From an uncultured Coriobacteriales bacterium (GTDB lineage Bacteria > Actinomycetota > Coriobacteriia > Coriobacteriales > UMGS124): a DNA stretch of 64,000 bases. The stretch is from positions 31,258-95,257 of the forward strand of contig CAKUAI010000014.1 in NCBI GenBank assembly GCA_934636245.1, in the 5' to 3' direction. This document shows, one piece after another, positions 54,399 to 63,345 of this stretch. The notes beneath the pieces are model-generated. The model saw only the letters and a list, made by a program, of their open reading frames with translations. It had not been told where the DNA came from and did no database searches. The translations under genes and the position numbers were made by a program. How positions within the stretch are numbered: the stretch's first letter is position 1; each line of letters begins with the position of its first letter.

Positions 54399-54774
54399 AG
54401 CGTCTGGGCCCTCCCAAGGTCACACGCATGCACAAGACAAGAACGTATGGTATCGCATGGAACATGGACGCATGCGTTCAACGCGCCCAAATCGCACGGG
54501 CACAGTACCCGCCCCCGCCAAACATGTTCGAGCCGCGTCAAGCACCTGTCCCCTACAAGCAAATTGCAAGCGCAGAACCCTGCAGAGCCTTGCGCAAACC
54601 TCACAAGAACACAGCACTTCTCTTGCGCCTCCCTACCCGCCCCTTTGCCCGTGGGCCTCATTCTTCTCATCGCAGTCGCAAAGCCGACGCCCACAGGCGC
54701 CACCCAACGTCGACTGCACATACAAGAGCCCCTGAGCGGCTCGCCAACGAGGAGAGGGAAGAGGAACACAGCGC

Positions 54775-56322
54775 ATGGACATCACCAGAAGGAACTTTGT
54801 TGCAAGTGCAGCTCTCACCGGTGCAAGCGCAGCTGGCATCGCGGCCGCTGCCGCCACGCTTGCCGACACCGAGCAGGCCCTGGCAGTCTCCTCCGTCACC
54901 CCCGAGGTGGACAAGGAGACCGGCGAGGAAGTTCCTACCATGAACTACACCGAGCCTTACCTGCTTACCCTGAAGCCTTCCCGCGAGATGAACGTGCTGT
55001 GGCTCGCCAAGGAAATGTGTGAGGGCTACGTCGAGTACGGCCCCACGCCCGCCCTGGGCGAGCGCGTCGAGGCCAAGCCGTACGCCTTCGAGGGCCTGCG
55101 CTCCTCGGCCAAGGCCGACGGCTACGACGCCGACCCCGAGAACAACCCCGAGCTTGAGGTCTGCCAGCTCATCGCCACGCTCGAGGGCCTCGAGCCCGGC
55201 TCGGTCGTGTACTACCGCGCCGTCACCGTGGGCAGCCTGGGCGAGGAGGTCGGCGAGCGCTACTACTTCAAGACCGCTCCCCTGCCCGGCGGCGACTTCA
55301 AGTTCGCGCTGCTCTCGGACATGCAGATGAAGGTGCGCACCAAGGAGACCGTCAAGGTCCTCGGCCAGGCGGACAAGGACTTCATCGTCTTCGCCGGCGA
55401 CATGTGCAACACTCCCTGGAAGGCCGGCGAGTGGTTCAACGTCGAGGGCTGCTACGAGGTTGAGGGCGAGGACGACCGCGGCTTCTTCGAGTGCCTCAAC
55501 CAGACCTCCGAGAACACCCACCTGCTGCAGTTCATGCCCGTCTTTCCCTGCCCGGGCAACCATGAGTTCGACGACCAGCGCGTTTGCACCGACAAGGACT
55601 TTGCGACCGACGACTCCAAGTGGACCTGGAAGATCTACATGCAGATGTTCCGCCCGCTCTACCCCGAGCAGGACTACAGCGTGAACGGTAAGCGCTGGTA
55701 CAGCGTGGATTACGGCGACATGCACCTGTGCTCGCTCAGCGTGGCCCGCTGGAACGCCTGGGACGGCTTTGAGTACCCGGGCTGGATCACCAAGGACGAC
55801 ATCTCGGCCGACAGCGCCCAGGTGGGCTGGCTCGTCGACGACCTCAAGCATTGCGACGCCCGCTACAAGTGGGTCACGCAGCACTGGCACATGCTCAACC
55901 GCGGCGAGGACGGCTACTTCCCCGTGTCCACCGCCATCGAGGACCCCGAGAACCCCGGTGTCGCCATCTACCCCGACGGCGACAACTGTTGGAACGTTCT
56001 GCGTCCCATTTACGAGGCCTATGGCGTCGATGCCGTCAACTTCGGCCACAGCCACGTGTACGAGCGCTACTACATCAACGGCGTCAACTACATCGAGGCC
56101 GCCAGCATCGGCAACAACTACCGCAACACCGCCGACCCCTTCCACCCCTCCGGAAACCTCCCCATCATCGAGGAGAACAACTTCCGCTCGTTCATGATCG
56201 TGACGGTGGACGAGAACGGCATGCAGGGCCACGGCGTGCAGGCGAGCGTCGAGACCTCTGATGTCGAAACCGAGGTCGGCTACTGCGGCCGCGTCTTCGA
56301 GACGTTCACCATCGCGGAGTAA
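54775..56322 (+). CDS. Tat-exported metallophosphoesterase (purple-acid-phosphatase-like)
   Basis: The N-terminus is MDITRRNFVASAALTGASAAGIAAAAA. Motifs: LSDMQ, FAGDM, GNHEF and GHSHVYER, preceded by an N-terminal beta-sandwich-like segment. Confidence 0.8.
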   Translation: MDITRRNFVASAALTGASAAGIAAAAATLADTEQALAVSSVTPEVDKETGEEVPTMNYTEPYLLTLKPSREMNVLWLAKEMCEGYVEYGPTPALGERVEAKPYAFEGLRSSAKADGYDADPENNPELEVCQLIATLEGLEPGSVVYYRAVTVGSLGEEVGERYYFKTAPLPGGDFKFALLSDMQMKVRTKETVKVLGQADKDFIVFAGDMCNTPWKAGEWFNVEGCYEVEGEDDRGFFECLNQTSENTHLLQFMPVFPCPGNHEFDDQRVCTDKDFATDDSKWTWKIYMQMFRPLYPEQDYSVNGKRWYSVDYGDMHLCSLSVARWNAWDGFEYPGWITKDDISADSAQVGWLVDDLKHCDARYKWVTQHWHMLNRGEDGYFPVSTAIEDPENPGVAIYPDGDNCWNVLRPIYEAYGVDAVNFGHSHVYERYYINGVNYIEAASIGNNYRNTADPFHPSGNLPIIEENNFRSFMIVTVDENGMQGHGVQASVETSDVETEVGYCGRVFETFTIAE

Positions 56323-56447
56323 GCAATCAAGTAAATTAACAAAGTGTAACAATATTTTGAACCAAAAGGCAGCGGATGAATATCTCCGCTGCCTTTATTT
56401 ATACTATTCGTATATTAGGGGGGATCAAATCAAGCAGAGGAGCTCGA

Positions 56448-57080
56448 ATGGTCTCAGAAGAAGAGCTTTTTGCGCACGACACAGATTCGAACTTTGAGCG
56501 CCTTCGCATTGTCTCGGTGATGGACTGTTTGGCCGAGACAATGCCCTTCGACAAACTTACGGTAACTGCAATCTGTTCGCAAGCCAAGATCTCCCGCACA
56601 ACATTCTATCGTCTTTTTGATGATAAGTACGCTGCTGCTAACTGGTATGTACATCTCGTATCCCGTGTAGGGCACGTTGAATGTGGCCGGACGCTCTCTT
56701 GGCATGATGCCAGCGTTACAACATTGTCCGGTCTCGCCATGATGAAACACCTGCTTATGAGTACAAACGTATGTGCTGGTTACGACTCTTCTGAAAACAG
56801 CGGCATACGCTTGCGTATAAGCAGCCTTACTGAGACAGTAGTCCGGCGCCTGCACGCACAACCAGACGCCGAACTCGCTTTTCAAATTAAATTCTTTGCC
56901 CGCTCGGAGATACCCCTCGTGCGTGAATGGTATCGAGACAGCGACTCAATACCCGTCGAAGAAATGGCCCGTGCAATCGAATCTTGTGTCCCTCAGCGCC
57001 TACACGATCTCATTGCGCTGCCCAACGACCCCACAAAGGCCATGCCGCTTACATACCCTCGTTTAATGGCAAGTCTGTAA
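56448..57080 (+). CDS. TetR/AcrR-family transcriptional regulator
   Basis: The ORF spans 56376..57080; the ATG at 56448 follows GAGGAG. The HTH reads LTVTAICSQAKISRTTFYRLFDDKY. Lower GC. Confidence 0.78.
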   Translation: MVSEEELFAHDTDSNFERLRIVSVMDCLAETMPFDKLTVTAICSQAKISRTTFYRLFDDKYAAANWYVHLVSRVGHVECGRTLSWHDASVTTLSGLAMMKHLLMSTNVCAGYDSSENSGIRLRISSLTETVVRRLHAQPDAELAFQIKFFARSEIPLVREWYRDSDSIPVEEMARAIESCVPQRLHDLIALPNDPTKAMPLTYPRLMASL

Positions 57081-57100
57081 GGAGAAGGCCGCCGCACGGC

Positions 57101-57790
57101 TTACCGGCCGCCTCGCACACTGCCATGCATAACGACAAGGTTCTCCTCCTCCAAGGCACTTGTCGACAGGATTGCCACACCCTCAGCAGGCATATCCACC
57201 GCACCTGCTGGTAGCCTGCAAATGCCCTCGTCATGATTGACACATTCAACCCGCACGGTATATGGAGCATCGGCGACAATGTCAGTACGCGCCCATCCAT
57301 CATCGCCGCTCACGGCCTGCAGCGGCTTGACCTTTTTAAGGTTGTCATTATAGAAAAAGAGCGATGCGTTCGACAAAGGCCCGCCCGTCTCAGCGTCACA
57401 TACACGTACACAGGCGCGACGATTCGGCATAGGGGTTACCGATAAAGGAAGCGGGCGCATACCCAAAATCTCTTGATTCGAAATCACTTCCACACGCCAA
57501 GTGACTCCGCCGGCCTGACATGGGGCTTTGAGACCGAGCTCGAATGCAGCGCATGTCGCATCGTGTTCGAGCTCAGGCTCAACACATGCAATTACATTCC
57601 CCCGTTCGTCTTTCACTTGAACCTTGACTTCTCTAAGTGATCCACCGCCCAAACTCTTGATGCTTATATTGGCGCAAAATGCCGAGCCGGCGACGAGAGG
57701 ATTCCGCACGCCCCATACCACGACGCCAACCTTTGAAGCCTTGGCGGCTTTTTCCTGTTGCGCCTTTTGAGATGCTTTTTGAGATTCCAC
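57101..57790 (-). CDS. Hypothetical protein with two predicted beta-sandwich domains and no signal peptide
   Basis: 229 aa with a Lys/Gln-rich N-terminus. The second half (VRVCDAETGGPLSNASLFFYN...GWARTDIVADAPYTVRVE) resembles carboxypeptidase-regulatory-like domains. It lies 135 nt downstream of the reductase gene on the same strand. Confidence 0.5.
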   Translation of the reverse strand: MESQKASQKAQQEKAAKASKVGVVVWGVRNPLVAGSAFCANISIKSLGGGSLREVKVQVKDERGNVIACVEPELEHDATCAAFELGLKAPCQAGGVTWRVEVISNQEILGMRPLPLSVTPMPNRRACVRVCDAETGGPLSNASLFFYNDNLKKVKPLQAVSGDDGWARTDIVADAPYTVRVECVNHDEGICRLPAGAVDMPAEGVAILSTSALEEENLVVMHGSVRGGR

Positions 57791-57925
57791 GCTGGACTCC
57801 TTTCAGTCAGATATGCCGACGTTCATGTGCCGTCGGCACTGCCTCGCAAAAAATGGGGTCACCGCAAGACAGCGCGGTGACCCCATTGTCAGGGATAGCT
57901 CTATGTCACAGGGGGATGTGTATGC

Positions 57926-60013
57926 CTAGAGCTGAATACGCTTGAGCCCCTCGGGGTTCTGCGACTCCTCGTGAGTCTCTCCCCAGTTCTCATAAGGGGT
58001 CGTATCAATAATGGCAATATCAGGCGTCGTCTCGTTCTTCATGTAGCTGCCGTCTGCCGCTTCATTCATGTAGCGCTCGGAATTTGCCTGCATAGCAGCC
58101 TCGTTGGCCGCCTTGGCCTCATCAGAAAGATCGTCATAGGTCACAGGAGAGCCGATTGCGGAACGAGCCGCCAGGAAACCACCGATACCCGACATGGCCA
58201 CGCCTCCCGCAAATGAGGGGTTGCCAAACTGGCCGGCATAGCAGCACTCGCCACAGATGCCGCCAGCAGTGTAGAAGCCGGCATACAAACCAGGGATGGG
58301 GTTCGCGTTTGCGTCGAGAACCTCCATCTCGCCGTTTACGCGCAGGCCAGCAATGATCTTGCCGATCTGGCCAGCGCAGGGAATGCAGTAGAACGGCGGC
58401 TTCTGCACGGGAACAAGCCAATCCGGGAAGTACTGGGGGGTGAAGTCAGAGTCATCACCCGTGGCAACATGTTCGTTCCACTCGTCGACAGCGGCAACGA
58501 ACTTATCGACATCAAGGCCAGCCTTCTCGGCAAGCTCCTCAAGCGTGTCCGCCTTAAGAACAGCACCGCGCTCGACGGCCTTCTCGAACTCGCCCGTCCA
58601 ATCAGTGGAGACATAAGGAGTCTCAGGCGTGCCGTCGCCCTCATGCACGGGGATACGGGCGCGATCAGCACCGGTGTGGGCGCTCTTGAAGTTCCAAAGG
58701 TTCACGCGGAAGTCATCATCAAAGATGCTGTAGTTGCGGTTACCAATGGAGCTCATCCACGCAGCATTATTGGGCAGGTCACCCATGGACTGCGTCATAA
58801 CGTCAAAGCCAGGCTGAAACTCCTCGCCAGGCTTGAAGTTAACGCCCGAGCCACAGTAGTAAGGAAGGCGCTTGCAGGCCTTGTCGAGCAGGAGCCACGG
58901 GTTCTTGGCAACCTGGCGCTCGCCACTCCAGAAGTAATGCCAGTAGTTGCCGTCGCCAGTGCCCCAGTACTCGTCAGCCGCGCCGTCCCAGCAATCCCAA
59001 GAATCGAAGCCCGACACATCGGCACCCAAAGCAAGTGCCATGCGGAAACACTCGCCGGTAGCCCAGGGCATGGGGCCACCCTGCGTGGCCTCCATGTAAG
59101 CCGTGGGGCAATACTGCTCGAGCAGATCCTGGTTCATGCCGAAGCAACCGGCAGTAAGAATAACGCCCTTCTCACCCTTATAGTAGGCAGTCCCGCCCTC
59201 GGGAGTCTTCACCTGAATACCGATGACACGACCATCGGCAACAACAAGTGCAGTGCACTCGGTCTTGGTGAAAAGCTGACCACCAGCCTCCTGGGTGTGC
59301 TCAGCAAGAAGCTCAAGCGCAGGCTGGTTGCCCAGCAGCGTGGAAACGGTGCCCGCGGCAATATCGGGATACGCAAAGCGCGACTTCACGTTGACCCATC
59401 CGGGCTTCTGAGTATCCTGCATCCAGTCAAGCCAAACGGCATTACCAATAACGCAAGAACGCAGCAGGTCCAGGTTGATAGTCTGCTGGTAAACGTTGTT
59501 AAGCTTGTTCACGATATCGTGAATGCTATAAGTATCGCCCGGCCAAGCGTAACCATTGAGAATCTGCTCACGGCTGCCACCAACAAGGGCCACGTTGATG
59601 GCCGAGTGGGCCGAAGCACCGCCAATCTCAGCGTTCTTCTCGACAATGACCGTGCGCAGACCCGCCTGAGAAGCGACCGTGGAGGCAGTCAGGCCGCCCA
59701 TACCAGTGCCGACTACGACCACATCGGCCTCAATGTCCCAGCTCTCCGGCGCCTCGACAGGCATGATAGGCATCGCGTCGGGACCAACATAACCCGTGGT
59801 CTGAGGCAGCGGGTGGCCAGTGTGGGGCTCGGGACGACGGCGCCCGCCCGACACAATGTTAAATCCACCAATCTGAACGCCTTCAGCAGGAACTGCAGCC
59901 TGCGCATCGACAGCTTCCTCGGCACGAGCTGTAGCCGTAACGGCCGCGCCCGTGACGACGCTTGCCGCGATTGCTGCGCCCTGAACAAAGGTACGACGAG
60001 ACACATCTTCCAT
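57926..60013 (-). CDS. Tat-exported FAD-dependent oxidoreductase (FAD_binding_2 family, long form)
   Basis: The N-terminus is MEDVSRRTFVQGAAIAASVVTGAAVTATARA. The dinucleotide fold is DVVVVGTGMGGLTAST. The C-terminal signature is GLYAGFYTAGG. 695 aa. Confidence 0.85.
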   Translation of the reverse strand: MEDVSRRTFVQGAAIAASVVTGAAVTATARAEEAVDAQAAVPAEGVQIGGFNIVSGGRRRPEPHTGHPLPQTTGYVGPDAMPIMPVEAPESWDIEADVVVVGTGMGGLTASTVASQAGLRTVIVEKNAEIGGASAHSAINVALVGGSREQILNGYAWPGDTYSIHDIVNKLNNVYQQTINLDLLRSCVIGNAVWLDWMQDTQKPGWVNVKSRFAYPDIAAGTVSTLLGNQPALELLAEHTQEAGGQLFTKTECTALVVADGRVIGIQVKTPEGGTAYYKGEKGVILTAGCFGMNQDLLEQYCPTAYMEATQGGPMPWATGECFRMALALGADVSGFDSWDCWDGAADEYWGTGDGNYWHYFWSGERQVAKNPWLLLDKACKRLPYYCGSGVNFKPGEEFQPGFDVMTQSMGDLPNNAAWMSSIGNRNYSIFDDDFRVNLWNFKSAHTGADRARIPVHEGDGTPETPYVSTDWTGEFEKAVERGAVLKADTLEELAEKAGLDVDKFVAAVDEWNEHVATGDDSDFTPQYFPDWLVPVQKPPFYCIPCAGQIGKIIAGLRVNGEMEVLDANANPIPGLYAGFYTAGGICGECCYAGQFGNPSFAGGVAMSGIGGFLAARSAIGSPVTYDDLSDEAKAANEAAMQANSERYMNEAADGSYMKNETTPDIAIIDTTPYENWGETHEESQNPEGLKRIQL

Positions 60014-60316
60014 CGTGGAACTCTCCCATCTTGGTTAACTGAGTCATGTCCAATCGAGGCTTCCCTCCTCGCCCCAACATGGCTCCCACCTCAGGATGAT
60101 GGGTGTTGGAAATCAGAACAACCATTGTAGCTGCGGTTATTCCGTTTCTAACACCCGCATCCCCTTACAGCTACCAAGATAGGAGGTCGCAAGTCAGCAA
60201 TCAATTTGCAACAAAACTGTCCCTGTTACGGATGCGAACAGGCACGCGCCGCTTGTCCTAGACATGTAACAAAAGAACGGCAACTGTCCAATACGGCAAG
60301 GTCCTCTTGCTAAAAC

Positions 60317-61831
60317 CTACTCGCCTTCGGCGGTGTCGGTGGAAGACCCTCCGGTCTCCCCGGCACCGCCTTCGCTGCCGCCGGTCGAACCAGAGTCGCC
60401 CGCACCAGTGTCCGGCGCCTCAGCGCCACCACCCGACCCGCCAGCCTCTCCAGAACCGCCGGTCTCCCCAGAGCCGCCCGCGCCCTCCGACCCGGAGCCG
60501 GCGCCGGCGCCGCCGGTCTCGCCGGAACCCTCGCCGCCCGTGGTGCCGCCGGTGCCGCCGGCGCCAGGCTCGGGCACGGTACCGCCCGTCTCGCCGCCGG
60601 TCCCACCACCGGTTTCCGTGCCAGTGCCGGGTTGCGTGGGCTCGGAGGGCACCGTCGTTCCGCCCGTCTCGCCCGAATCTCCGGGCACCTCGTCCGACCA
60701 GCCATAATCCGCGCCGCCGTCGTAGCTGTAGTCGGGCGTGAAGAACACGCCGGGCTCGTCGTAGTCAAAGGCGTACTGCGCACCGCCCGCCGCATTGATC
60801 GCATCTTGGACGCCCTGCGCTGTGGCGTTGGCCTGCTCCACGCCCTCGTTGCCGTTCGTCGCGACATACACCGCGCGCGACACGTCTGCAATGACCGAAA
60901 CGCCCAGGTAGTTGTCGATGCCCTCTGTCATCACGACAAGCACGTAGGAGTGAGCCGCCAGCACGATGCCGCCGTCGTGCTCGGCCTGGTTGAGCTCGCC
61001 GGTCTTATGCGCCACCTGGACGCCCGCAGGGATGGCGTCGGTGAGACCTGCGTCGATGGTCTGCTGCAGCAGGAAGCTCATGGCGAGCTCGCTCATCTGC
61101 TCGTTCACCAGCTTGCCCGAGGCGATGAGGTTCAGGATGGTCGCCGCGTCGTCGGAGGTCATGCGGTTGCGCATGCCCTGGTCGGCCGCCACCATATCCA
61201 TCATCTTGCGCGCCATGACGGTGCCCGTGAGGCCGAGCTTGCTCGCCTCCTCGTTGACCGCGTCCATTCCGATGAGGTCGACGATGACGTTGGTGGCCGT
61301 GTTGTCGCTGTCGGCAATCATGCGACGGGCAAGTTCGCGCAGCTCATAGGTGCCAGGCCCGTCGTCTTGCACCGTACCCGTGCCCGAAACGATGTCCGAG
61401 GCCTTGACCTCCACCTGGGCGGCGAGGTCAACCTCCCCCGCGGCCACCTTGTCGAACAGCGCCGCCAACACGACCAGCTTGATCATGCTTGCAGAGGCGT
61501 GCTGGGTCGCGCCGTTCACGCTCACGATGCCGGCGGGCATGCCCACGGGAAGATACGTGACCGAGACGGTCTCGCCATAAGGCGCGGTCACCTGCTCGAT
61601 GGCCTGGCGGATGGCAGCACTGACGCGCTCGACATCGGCCGTATTGTGGGCAACCGCTGCCTGGCGAATGGTGTCAACCGCAGAAACAGAGTCCTGCTCC
61701 GCGGCGTTGATGGAAGAGCCCACAGCAGACGTGGACGTCGCCTGATCGGTATCGCTCGCATCGGTGCCGCACCCTGCCAGGAAAAGCAGGCAGCAACCCG
61801 CGAGCACGCAGGGAAGCGCACGATGCATCAT
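60317..61831 (-). CDS. Lipoprotein-type class A beta-lactamase-like serine hydrolase with a ~130-aa Gly/Glu/Thr/Ser-rich C-terminal tail
   Basis: The ORF spans 60317..61900; the likely start is at 61831 (MMHRALPCVLAGCCLLFLAGC lipobox). Motifs: SMIK (SxxK), SDN, KTG. The tail is made of GGTGGETGG/GSGETGG-type units. Confidence 0.75.
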   Translation of the reverse strand: MMHRALPCVLAGCCLLFLAGCGTDASDTDQATSTSAVGSSINAAEQDSVSAVDTIRQAAVAHNTADVERVSAAIRQAIEQVTAPYGETVSVTYLPVGMPAGIVSVNGATQHASASMIKLVVLAALFDKVAAGEVDLAAQVEVKASDIVSGTGTVQDDGPGTYELRELARRMIADSDNTATNVIVDLIGMDAVNEEASKLGLTGTVMARKMMDMVAADQGMRNRMTSDDAATILNLIASGKLVNEQMSELAMSFLLQQTIDAGLTDAIPAGVQVAHKTGELNQAEHDGGIVLAAHSYVLVVMTEGIDNYLGVSVIADVSRAVYVATNGNEGVEQANATAQGVQDAINAAGGAQYAFDYDEPGVFFTPDYSYDGGADYGWSDEVPGDSGETGGTTVPSEPTQPGTGTETGGGTGGETGGTVPEPGAGGTGGTTGGEGSGETGGAGAGSGSEGAGGSGETGGSGEAGGSGGGAEAPDTGAGDSGSTGGSEGGAGETGGSSTDTAEGE

Positions 61832-62029
61832 CCGCCGCGCGCTCCGCAAGATTCTGCTTGTCCCTACTGTCTCGCCCTGTATCGACATGCCATCTCCCAC
61901 CTAATACAGGCGGCCCCACGTCAAGTCACCGCGGGGCCGCCGTCTCAGTTTTAGAAGTGGGTATTATCCTGTGCTCGCATGGCAAGGTGGAAGAGGAGAT
62001 TCAATTTCATCTAATAAGGAAAGCCCCCA

Positions 62030-62707
62030 TCAAGCAGCAATCTCCTCATGCAAAAGTTCGATGTTCCCAGGCTCTTCGCCAATAAACGCACCCGTCAATT
62101 TCAACACGCCGCGATAAAAGCGCGTTTGGACAATCCTAGACGCAAGAGCTTGGAAATCTGTGTACCAACTCGTCACATGCTCTGCCAAGAAGCTCCGTTG
62201 CTTGTCGAGAACCTCGATTGCCCCGGAGGTGTCCCCACAACGAACACACTCGATAGCCCTGTCGCACAGAAGCGCCAGATAATCGAACATAAACGAAAGA
62301 TGGTCCTCGGGAACATCAAGGCCCGCGGGAACCCTAACGCGGTTTGCCTTGAACTCCCCGTATACCTCGCCTTGCGGCGCGCCCATGAGTTGTGCCCCGC
62401 CAAAGCGAAAGAGCGACTCATAGGGCATGGCAGTGCGGCCCTCGACGATGATCGTGCCATAGAACGTGGATGTGAAGTCGCATGCAAGCTCCTCACGCGT
62501 TCCCGTGTTGCGGCGGCGCAGGTAGCGCGCAATATCGTTGCATCCCTCATCGCAAGCATCTGCGCCGGCCCGGGCTGCCTCGGCAAACCCAGACACCACG
62601 AGAGCGTCAATCTCCTCTTGCGTCAGTGGCTTGAAGAACAGCCGCGCAAGCAGGCGATACGTACCCCCGCGCTCTTCCAGCATGCCAATAATCTCATCGT
62701 TGTTCAT
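62030..62707 (-). CDS. TorD/DmsD-family redox-enzyme maturation chaperone
   Basis: The ORF spans 62030..62725; the ATG at 62707 follows GGGAAGG. The sequence is YRLLARLFFKPLTQEEIDAL...MPYESLF...PEDHLSFMFDYLALL. Confidence 0.8.
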   Translation of the reverse strand: MNNDEIIGMLEERGGTYRLLARLFFKPLTQEEIDALVVSGFAEAARAGADACDEGCNDIARYLRRRNTGTREELACDFTSTFYGTIIVEGRTAMPYESLFRFGGAQLMGAPQGEVYGEFKANRVRVPAGLDVPEDHLSFMFDYLALLCDRAIECVRCGDTSGAIEVLDKQRSFLAEHVTSWYTDFQALASRIVQTRFYRGVLKLTGAFIGEEPGNIELLHEEIAA

Positions 62708-62757
62708 TCTCGTTTGCCTTCCCACCGCTTCAGGCCGTTTTCAGCCCGGGTACCGTC

Positions 62758-63345
62758 CTAGCACTCACCCGTCCACGAGGCATACTTGGGTGAGAGGATA
62801 TAACGCGTCACCGGATGCGCACCCGTCTCGTCAGCCAACTCGTGGATGCAGTCCTCGCCGTATCGCGCCATTTCGCGGCATACGTCGCTATCTGGATCGT
62901 CGAAGTCTCCAAAGAAGCGCGCCCCACAGTTGCAGTTGTGCACGCAGGCCGGAACGTCGCTGCCGTCGGCCGTGAGCTCATGGCACAGAGTGCACTTGCG
63001 CACGATGCCCGCGTCCTCGTCGACTTGGCGCGCATCGAACGGACAGGCCGTGACGCACAGACCGCAACCGATGCATGCGTCGGTGTCCACCATCACATAA
63101 CCCGTCTCGTCCTCGCGGAACGAGGCACCCGTGGGACACACCTCGATGCAAGGGGCGTTCTCGCACTGCTGGCACTGCACGGGAAGCCAGTATTTCTCAA
63201 CGTTGGGGAATGTTCCGAAGGGCCCCATCGCCTTCACCTTGTTGTATGCCGAACCCAGGGGTAGGCTGTGCTCAAGTTTGCAACACACCACACATGAGTC
63301 GCACCCAGAGCAGCGATCGAGGTTGATAAGCAGTCCCTTGCGCAT
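62758..63345 (-). CDS. 4x[4Fe-4S] ferredoxin-type subunit (DmsB-like) of a third molybdopterin oxidoreductase
   Basis: Cys clusters CSGCDSCVVCC, CQQCENAPCIEVCP, CIGCGLCVTACP and CTLC...C. The ATG directly abuts the TAA of the upstream gene. Confidence 0.9.
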   Translation of the reverse strand: MRKGLLINLDRCSGCDSCVVCCKLEHSLPLGSAYNKVKAMGPFGTFPNVEKYWLPVQCQQCENAPCIEVCPTGASFREDETGYVMVDTDACIGCGLCVTACPFDARQVDEDAGIVRKCTLCHELTADGSDVPACVHNCNCGARFFGDFDDPDSDVCREMARYGEDCIHELADETGAHPVTRYILSPKYASWTGEC

